From Candidatus Nitrospira inopinata (GTDB lineage Bacteria > Nitrospirota > Nitrospiria > Nitrospirales > Nitrospiraceae), in the NCBI RefSeq assembly GCF_001458695.1, contig NZ_LN885086.1, positions 2,670,001 through 2,702,000 on the forward strand: a stretch of DNA of 32,000 bases. Direction: 5' to 3'. Of this stretch, positions 26,752 through 32,000 are shown piece by piece (the stretch's first letter is position 1; each line of letters starts with the position of its first letter). Under the pieces are notes generated by a model. It ran no database searches. It was given only the letters and a program-made list of their open reading frames with translations, and had not been told where the DNA came from. Position numbers and translations under genes: made by a program.

Positions 26752-26977
26752 TTATGCCGTGAAGCAAGCGGATTCGTTCCTCCATCGCCCTTCGTCTTTG
26801 CTCACAGATAAAACGACCAATAAAACTCCGCCCGAGCCACCAAGGCAAAAGACCACAGGCCGGCTCAGCGAGCTGTTGCAGGATGCTACAAAGACGAACG
26901 CGCCGATGATTGATATGGATCGGCCGTCGCACAATATGGTAAGCCTGACGTCTCACTATATCATCAAGGCGTCGCGC

Positions 26978-28093
26978 ATGACGTTGACCGTCGCCGGGCT
27001 GAAGGTTCGACTGGGATTCAGTTGGATCCTTCTTACCCTTTTCCTTATTTGGTCGCTGGCCCAGAGCTACTTTCCAACCTCCTATTTGGGATTGGAGAAT
27101 CGGACGTATTGGTGGATGGGGTTTATCGGCGCCGGGGGGTTCTTGGGCTCGCTTCTCTTTCATGAATGGGCTCACGCCGCCGTCGCACGGCGCCGTCGAT
27201 TTCCCACCGCCGCCTCGACGCTCTTCCTCTTTGGAGGAGTCGCCGACACGAAGACGGAACCGCCGGACCCCAAAACGGAATCTTTGATTGCAATCGCGGG
27301 CCCCCTCTCAAGCTTCGGTCTTGGCGTCGTGTGGTACGCGGCTTTTGAAGTCGGCTATCGCGCCAATTTCCCCCTGGCCGTCTTGGGAATATTCGATTTT
27401 TTGGCCTTCGCGAACGCTCTTCTTGGAGCAGTCAACCTTGTCCCCGCTTTCCCTCTTGACGGAGGATCGATTCTCAGGGCCTGGCTACGGCGCCGCAACA
27501 ACGACCTCCGGCAGGCGACCCGCCTGGCCTGTTTGGCCGGCTCACTGTGCGGTTTCGTATTGATGATGACGGGATTCGTTCAAGTCATCACCGGCCATAT
27601 CCTGGCCGGAGTATGGTGGTTCGTCCTCGGATTTTTCCTTCGAGAAACGGCCGGCGCTTCCTATTACCGAATGGTGACCCAGACGACGCTGGCAAGCATG
27701 GCGATCCGACGAATCATGACGCCCAATCCCGTAACCGTTGCATCCGACACGTCCGTTCAACGGTTGGTCGAAGACTATTTCCACCGGTCCTTTCACAATA
27801 TGTATCCCGTGATGGAGGACGCCCGTCTGATCGGCTGCGTCGGCCCCAAACAAATCTCCGCGGTTCCTCGTGATCGATGGGCTGAACTGACGGCCCGTGA
27901 CCTTACGATTCCCTGCTCCAAGGACAACACTATCGACGTTGACAGCGACACGGAAGCGGCTCTGTCCTTGATGAACAAAACCGGCAACAGCCGACTGCTC
28001 GTCGTGGACGACGGTCAATTGGCCGGTATCGTCACGCTGAAAGACCTCTCGAAATTTCTGACGTTGAAATTGAACGTCAAACCGGCCTCCTGA
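26978..28093 (+). CDS. site-2 protease family (M50) zinc metalloprotease with C-terminal CBS pair
   Basis: HEWAHA (HExxH) in a TM helix. NLVPAFPLDGG is the second metal-ligand motif (xDG). Two CBS-like repeats at the C-terminus (IMTPNPVTV...YPVMED.RLIGCV; ...LLVVDDGQLAGIVTLKDL). I chose start ATG 26978 (MTLTVAGLKVRLGFSW...) because family members begin just before the first TM. In-frame ATGs at 26936 and upstream are possible. Confidence 0.85.
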   Translation: MTLTVAGLKVRLGFSWILLTLFLIWSLAQSYFPTSYLGLENRTYWWMGFIGAGGFLGSLLFHEWAHAAVARRRRFPTAASTLFLFGGVADTKTEPPDPKTESLIAIAGPLSSFGLGVVWYAAFEVGYRANFPLAVLGIFDFLAFANALLGAVNLVPAFPLDGGSILRAWLRRRNNDLRQATRLACLAGSLCGFVLMMTGFVQVITGHILAGVWWFVLGFFLRETAGASYYRMVTQTTLASMAIRRIMTPNPVTVASDTSVQRLVEDYFHRSFHNMYPVMEDARLIGCVGPKQISAVPRDRWAELTARDLTIPCSKDNTIDVDSDTEAALSLMNKTGNSRLLVVDDGQLAGIVTLKDLSKFLTLKLNVKPAS

Positions 28094-28108
28094 CGAGGCC
28101 GGGCTTGT
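28082..28108 (+). terminator. candidate terminator hairpin enclosing the M50 stop codon
   Basis: CCGGCCTC (28082-28089) and GAGGCCGG (28095-28102) form a perfect 8-bp GC-rich stem. The 5-nt loop CTGAC contains the TGA stop. The following GCTTGTC is only a weak U-tract. Confidence 0.4.
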
Positions 28109-28198
28109 CGGAAATCTCCCCGTTGCGTCATTGCCAAAGTTTGTTGCGGCTCAATCGCGTCACGACCGACGGCGATCGTGAGGAGACGAAACTGCCGC

Positions 28199-28396
28199 CT
28201 AGTCGATGGATTGCAAGATGAGCGTCACAGTGCGTGGAGTTCCTTCGCGTTCGACTTCAATGGTCACAAGATCGCCGATCAGCCGTCCGGCTCCGTTGAC
28301 GATAGACACGACCGACCGAGAAGCCCGTTCAAACACCGAGATGGTTGTCAGTTCGTTGTTCCCGAGCGCGGAAGGACGGTCGGATCGTCGCGGCAA
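28199..28396 (-). pseudogene. possible relic of an HtrA/DegP-type serine protease (N-terminal strand fused to PDZ C-terminus, catalytic domain missing)
   Basis: 65-aa TTG-start ORF. NELTTISVFERASRSVVSIVN resembles the segment preceding the trypsin fold in HtrA-family proteases (..TI.VF..ASPSVV.I.N). GDLVTIEVEREGTPRTVTLIL resembles the last PDZ strands (GD.V.L.V.R.G....V.V.L). The His/Asp/Ser catalytic region is absent. Confidence 0.3.
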
Positions 28397-28434
28397 GTCC
28401 GCGACGTCTCAGATGATCGCGGCTGCTCTGTCGT

Positions 28435-28734
28435 TCATTTCTTTAGATGGTAATGAAAGAGCTGTGCGAACACGCCGCCAAACACCGTGGAAGGAGCAAA
28501 CCCCACCGGGCCAGAAGAGATATGGCGATACGAACACAGCCTGACCTCCGCCCACCCCCACACCGTGTATTCCTGTTCGGCCGCACACGACTGGAGCAGC
28601 AACAGCAGACCGAAAAAGAGGGCAAAGATACCGGGCCAGATCATCAAGAGCGCGCCGAGAGCCACGGCCAACACGACCGATCTCACTATCCACCTGGCGA
28701 TCCAAAACCGGTTTCTGATCATGGGATAGGCCAT
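28435..28734 (-). CDS. doubtful small membrane protein ORF (99 aa)
   Basis: MAYPMIRNRFWIARWIVRSVVLAVALGALLMIWPGIFALFFGLLLLLQ gives two plausible TM helices. There is no convincing SD (GAGGA is 19 nt upstream), and several overlapping ORFs of similar size exist on both strands. Confidence 0.2.
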   Translation of the reverse strand: MAYPMIRNRFWIARWIVRSVVLAVALGALLMIWPGIFALFFGLLLLLQSCAAEQEYTVWGWAEVRLCSYRHISSGPVGFAPSTVFGGVFAQLFHYHLKK

Positions 28735-28939
28735 ATTGCCGTTCGACGGTTATCCTCGTCACGCGAGAGCCTGCACGTGCTGAAATTCAAGGGCGCACGG
28801 TGACACATTCTCCCTCGGAAGGCATCTAGGGAATATACTAAAAAATGACGGAATGCTTACTAGTTGAGAATTTGTCGGAACGTTCTTCGATTTTCATCAT
28901 GGCATTTTTCGGTCACGCAGGCACTCTGTGGACATGAAC

Positions 28940-29048
28940 GACAGATCGATCGGCAGAGGCCAAAACCGCTTGCGACTTCCCTCCTTCTGGGGGCCTCAGC
29001 CCCCGGTGTTGACAGATCGATCGGCAGAGGCCAAAACCGCTTGCGACT
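28940..29048. repeat. two perfect 38-bp direct repeats separated by a 33-bp spacer containing an 8-bp-stem hairpin
   Basis: GACAGATCGATCGGCAGAGGCCAAAACCGCTTGCGACT occurs at 28940-28977 and 29011-29048 with 38/38 identity, and the flanking bases differ. The spacer 28978-29010 contains CTGGGGGC-CTCA-GCCCCCGG (28987-29006). Each repeat carries the GATCGATC palindrome. Confidence 0.95.
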
Positions 29049-29245
29049 GCAAATTCGACCAGCTCAGCGGCGAATCGGTTCGACAAAGCCTGGGCGGCAC
29101 GAATCCGCCAAGCAAGAGTGGCGTAAGACACAAGGCTATGGCACAATCTGCGATGACCGCTCAAGCCAAGGGAGACAGAATTCTTGTGCTGAACAAGAAC
29201 GGGCAACCATCGCCTCAAAGGAGTCTACGCGTTCGCCGCTTGTCC

Positions 29246-31282
29246 ATGACCTGGTACGTCTTGACGCTTGTGCTGACATTAACCGTGTCGGCGGGCGCCG
29301 ATCAGCCGTTCCTTGATTCGAGCGCTCCGGTTCGGTTCAAGGGGGAAACCCTCTTCGTCATTCATACCGGGCTGGCTGCTATCGATCCCGCAGCCAGAGC
29401 GGCTGCTATTGAGAAACGGCTTGAGCGGCTCGCTCATGTGGACCCTTCACTAATCGAAAGTCTTACGATCGAGGATCATGAGGAAACTTCTTATGTCGTC
29501 ACTCGTGAAGAAGTGCTCTTCGTTGTCACCGAGCAAGAGGCAAAATTGGTCGGAAAACCGCGTTATTTGCTTGCCCAGGAACGGGCGCGGCACATCCAAC
29601 AGGCGTTTCGGACGATCGCACCCCCTCCCCTGGAAACCGAGCCTCTGCCGTCTGCCTCAATTCATCTGAGGGATCTGTTATGGGCCGGCCTGGCGACGGC
29701 GCTCCTTATTTTCCTGGCCGTGGCCGCACACGTCGGATTCCCTTTGCTCTATGAGTTCATCGATACCTGGCATGAAACACGCCTGCGTCCTCTTTCGATT
29801 CGAGGCTTTGAACTGATCTCCGCCGACCATTTGGTGGATACACTTTTATTCTTGAGCAGATTCGTTCGGATTGTGCTCTCCGCGTTCGTCCTCTATGCCT
29901 ACTTTCACTTCATTTTGGACCTCTTTCCCCAAACCCGCGATTTCGAACAGAGGTTTCTGACGGCCCTCGCCGTTCCCTTGGATAGCATGCGCGGCATGCA
30001 CCCCAATTGGGCCGGCCTGATCGCCGGCTTATTGCTGACCGCGGTCACGACGGGATTATTTCTGGGAATTTTGAAACTCTTTCGTTCCCTCTTTCCACAA
30101 GTAATCGAAAAAGTTTCACAATGGGGTCGCACCACCAAATACTGCCTCAAGATCCAACGAGTGGAGCTCTTGTCCGGAACGCAGATCGCGGACGGCGCCT
30201 TGGGCGCCGTCCGCATCTTGCGCGTCGTGGCGTACGCTTCGTTGGTTTATCTCTACGTTACATCGATCCTTGGATTCTTTCCCGCCACTCAACAGTTGTC
30301 CCTCGAACTACTGGGATATCTTATCGAGCCGATCAAATTGATCGGTCTGACGTTCGTTTCCTCCCTTCCTGATTTTATCGCGATCGTCATCATCGCTCTT
30401 GTCACCAAATACATCATCAAGTTGATTCATTTGTTCTTCACCGGAATCGAGCGAGGAGCCATCACCTTCCAGGGGTTTCACCGCGATTGGGCCACGCCCA
30501 CGTACAAGATCGTTCGGTTCTTCGCCCTCGTCTTCGCGGCCGTGGCCATTGTTCCGTACATCCCCGGCTCCCATTCGGAAGCGTTCAAGGGCATTTCGGT
30601 TTTTCTTGGCGTGTTGGTGTCATTGGGAGCCGCCGGATCGTTCAGCAACATCGTGGCCGGCATCGTGTTGACGTACATGCGGCCGTTCAGCGTCGGAGAT
30701 CGCGTCAAGATCGCTGAAACGACGGGCGATATCACCGAAAAAACTCTCCTGGTGACGAGGGTTCGAACCAATAAGAACGTGGACGTGACCATTCCCAACG
30801 CATTGGTCTTGAGCTCCCATATCATCAATTTCAGTTCGTCGGCCACGAACCCGCCTCCGCTTATTCTGAACACCAGCGTAACGATCGGGTACGACGTTCC
30901 GTGGAGGAAAGTCCACGAATTGCTGCTCGCGGCTGCCAAACGCACGACGCACATTCTGGAGACGCCGGAGCCGTTCGTCTTGCAAACAAGTCTCAATGAC
31001 TTTTACGTCACGTACGAGATCAATGGATACACCAAACACCCCAACAAAATGGCGACCATCTACGCCGAGCTTCATCAACACATTCAAGACCAGTTCAACG
31101 AAGCGGGCGTGGAAATCATGTCGCCTCACTACACCCAAGTGCGCGACGGCAATAAAACGACAATCCCCGATGAATACTTGCCAAAAGGCTACCAGGTTCC
31201 CGGCATCCGCATTTGGCCGCTGCGCTCGTCCCGCGTGCGCTCCGAATCTCCATCCCCAGACGGAGATACCCGCCGACTATGA
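29246..31282 (+). CDS. large mechanosensitive ion channel, MscS family (MscK/YbiO-like multi-TM architecture)
   Basis: C-terminal MscS core: GAAGSFSNIVAGIVLTYMRPFSVGDRVKI...GDITEKTLLVTRVRTNKNVDVTIPNALVLSSHIINFS (pore-lining TM3 plus beta domain). It is preceded by about 7 further TM helices and a signal-peptide-like start MTWYVLTLVLTLTVSAGA (ATG 29246). ATG 29138 is an alternative. The track start 28928 runs through the repeat region, so I rejected it. Confidence 0.88.
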   Translation: MTWYVLTLVLTLTVSAGADQPFLDSSAPVRFKGETLFVIHTGLAAIDPAARAAAIEKRLERLAHVDPSLIESLTIEDHEETSYVVTREEVLFVVTEQEAKLVGKPRYLLAQERARHIQQAFRTIAPPPLETEPLPSASIHLRDLLWAGLATALLIFLAVAAHVGFPLLYEFIDTWHETRLRPLSIRGFELISADHLVDTLLFLSRFVRIVLSAFVLYAYFHFILDLFPQTRDFEQRFLTALAVPLDSMRGMHPNWAGLIAGLLLTAVTTGLFLGILKLFRSLFPQVIEKVSQWGRTTKYCLKIQRVELLSGTQIADGALGAVRILRVVAYASLVYLYVTSILGFFPATQQLSLELLGYLIEPIKLIGLTFVSSLPDFIAIVIIALVTKYIIKLIHLFFTGIERGAITFQGFHRDWATPTYKIVRFFALVFAAVAIVPYIPGSHSEAFKGISVFLGVLVSLGAAGSFSNIVAGIVLTYMRPFSVGDRVKIAETTGDITEKTLLVTRVRTNKNVDVTIPNALVLSSHIINFSSSATNPPPLILNTSVTIGYDVPWRKVHELLLAAAKRTTHILETPEPFVLQTSLNDFYVTYEINGYTKHPNKMATIYAELHQHIQDQFNEAGVEIMSPHYTQVRDGNKTTIPDEYLPKGYQVPGIRIWPLRSSRVRSESPSPDGDTRRL

Positions 31283-31507
31283 ACGCGCTTATCAATGTGC
31301 CGTATTACTCCACACGGGACCAACAGGGTCTTCTCCGGGAGAAACGGCAGGCCGGGGTCTGAAACCGCAGCAATCGCAAGCACGTGGACTTCCTTATCCA
31401 TCTTATCCATGAACATTTTTTCGCCCCGGCCTCGGCTCGATGATCTCTCGTCGGCGATGTCATGATGGATAGGGCTCACGAAAACGCTGTTTTCTTTTCC
31501 TCCTGCC

Positions 31508-31537
31508 TTGACTCACGCGGACGAACCGCGTTAATTT
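31508..31537 (+). promoter_or_regulatory. candidate promoter of the tRNA gene
   Basis: TTGACT (31508-31513, 5/6), 17-nt spacer, TTAATT (31531-36) or, with an 18-nt spacer, TAATTT (31532-37). The predicted TSS lies a few nt before the mature tRNA 5' end at 31547. Confidence 0.4.
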
Positions 31538-31546
31538 CCAAACCGT

Positions 31547-31622
31547 GGCGGTGTAGCTCAGTTGGCAGAGCAGCGGACTCATAAGCCGCGGGTCGGGGGT
31601 TCGATCCCCTCCACCGCCACCA
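31547..31622 (+). tRNA. tRNA with CAU anticodon (elongator tRNA-Met; tRNA-Ile2/lysidine type not excluded), CCA encoded
   Basis: Hand-folded cloverleaf, 76 nt. Acceptor GGCGGTG/CACCGCC. D arm GCTC-AGTTGGCA-GAGC. Anticodon arm GCGGA-CTCATAA-GCCGC. Variable loop GGGTC. T arm GGGGG-TTCGATC-CCCTC. Discriminator A plus CCA. G1-C72 is paired, so it is not an initiator. Confidence 0.95.
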
Positions 31623-31702
31623 TGTCGATGCCCGCTCCTTTCCTCGGTTTTTCATCATTCGGCTGACAAGTCACTCTGTCTCTGCTTGCGTTGCATGCGC
31701 GT

Positions 31703-32000
31703 CTAGTGCCCCATCATGCCCTTCATCTCGTTTTTCATGCCTTTCATCTCATCTCCCATGCCCTTGACGTCGTTCTTGACCTCCTCGCCAGCGTCTTTCA
31801 TCACATGCCCCTTGTGTTTCACCTCGTCGGCCTTGTCCTTCACGCCGGCTTTCATCTCTTCTTTCTTGCCGATCATCTCCGCGCGGGCTTTGTCTTTCTG
31901 ACCAAGCACGCCGGAAGTCATTTGGTCTTTCTTGCCCATTACATCGGCCTTCACCGCTTCTTTCTCGCTCCGGACATCGGCTTTGATCTTACCGATCTCG
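31703..32000 (-). CDS. Lys/Met/Asp/Glu/Gly-rich repeat protein (11-mer repeats, LEA-like hydrophilin or Met-rich metal-binding protein), C-terminal part; 5' end outside window
   Basis: The frame is open to the window edge: EIGKIKADVRS EKEAVKADVMG KKDQMTSGVLG QKDKARAEMIG KKEEMKAGVKD KADEVKHKGHV MKDAGEEVKND VKGMGDEMKGM KNEMKGMMGH*. Stop TAG 31703-31705. There are no aromatic, Pro or Cys residues. A 33-nt periodicity is visible in the DNA. Confidence 0.6.
   Translation of the reverse strand, partial: EIGKIKADVRSEKEAVKADVMGKKDQMTSGVLGQKDKARAEMIGKKEEMKAGVKDKADEVKHKGHVMKDAGEEVKNDVKGMGDEMKGMKNEMKGMMGH

Noticed and set aside
29009-29014. A perfect TTGACA -35 hexamer created at the spacer/repeat-2 junction, as a possible mscS promoter.
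   Set aside because: The best -10 candidate at 17-nt spacing is CAAAAC (3/6, lacking the invariant final T). This is not enough support to call a promoter.
28940-29048. Calling the 38-bp repeat pair a CRISPR array feature.
   Set aside because: There are only two repeats and one spacer, no cas genes or leader-like AT-rich run adjacent, and the spacer is itself a strong GC hairpin. I kept it as a repeat feature and as a hypothesis in the findings, not as a CRISPR annotation.
31189-31479. A 96-aa minus-strand ORF between the MscS gene and the tRNA.
   Set aside because: It overlaps the 3' end of the MscS gene by ~94 nt, and has no SD, no recognisable motif and odd composition. It is most likely non-coding spacer.
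31480-31498. A hairpin GAAAAC-GCT-GTTTTC followed by TTTT upstream of the tRNA promoter, as a possible mscS terminator.
   Set aside because: The stem is 6 bp, mostly A-U, with a 3-nt loop. It is thermodynamically weak and lies ~200 nt from the mscS stop.
31476-31658. A 60-aa minus-strand ORF.
   Set aside because: It is exactly superimposed on the tRNA(CAU) gene. The tRNA cloverleaf explains the sequence.
28100-31700. A tRNA-linked genomic island or integrated mobile element near tRNA-Met.
   Set aside because: I see no integrase, excisionase, transposase or phage genes. I found no direct repeat of the tRNA 3' end. The neighbouring genes (MscS, M50 protease) look like ordinary chromosomal genes.

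Overview
GC-rich, densely coding bacterial chromosomal segment with about 27 protein genes or gene remnants and 1 tRNA. I recognise no rRNA, cas, transposase or integrase. All family assignments come from motif recognition by eye; no database search was possible.

Left edge: nadC (partial) and birA, then a geranylgeranyl-reductase-family flavoprotein and an SDR.

Core (about 3.5-26 kb): a compatible-solute / osmoadaptation super-locus.
- treZ-treY plus a coupled small membrane protein, divergent from glgX/treX.
- An eight-gene, translationally coupled minus-strand operon: GT81 GpgS-like synthase, a second GT-A glycosyltransferase, a TM-helix-repeat membrane protein, a CUT1 sugar ABC importer (lipoprotein SBP, two permeases, ATPase) and an unknown lipoprotein.
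- A divergent MPGP/YedP-type HAD phosphatase.
- otsA-otsB, where OtsA carries a ~255-aa two-TM sensor-like N-terminal module.
- A GH15 glucoamylase/trehalase head-to-head with otsA across only 48 bp.

Right part: a Zn-ribbon protein and a CBS-domain M50 (site-2) protease. Then a ~1.1-kb gene-poor stretch holding a possible HtrA-type protease relic and a perfect 38-bp direct-repeat pair with a 33-bp hairpin spacer. Then a large MscS-family channel, tRNA-Met(CAU), and the 3' part of a Lys/Met-rich 11-mer-repeat (LEA-like) protein gene.
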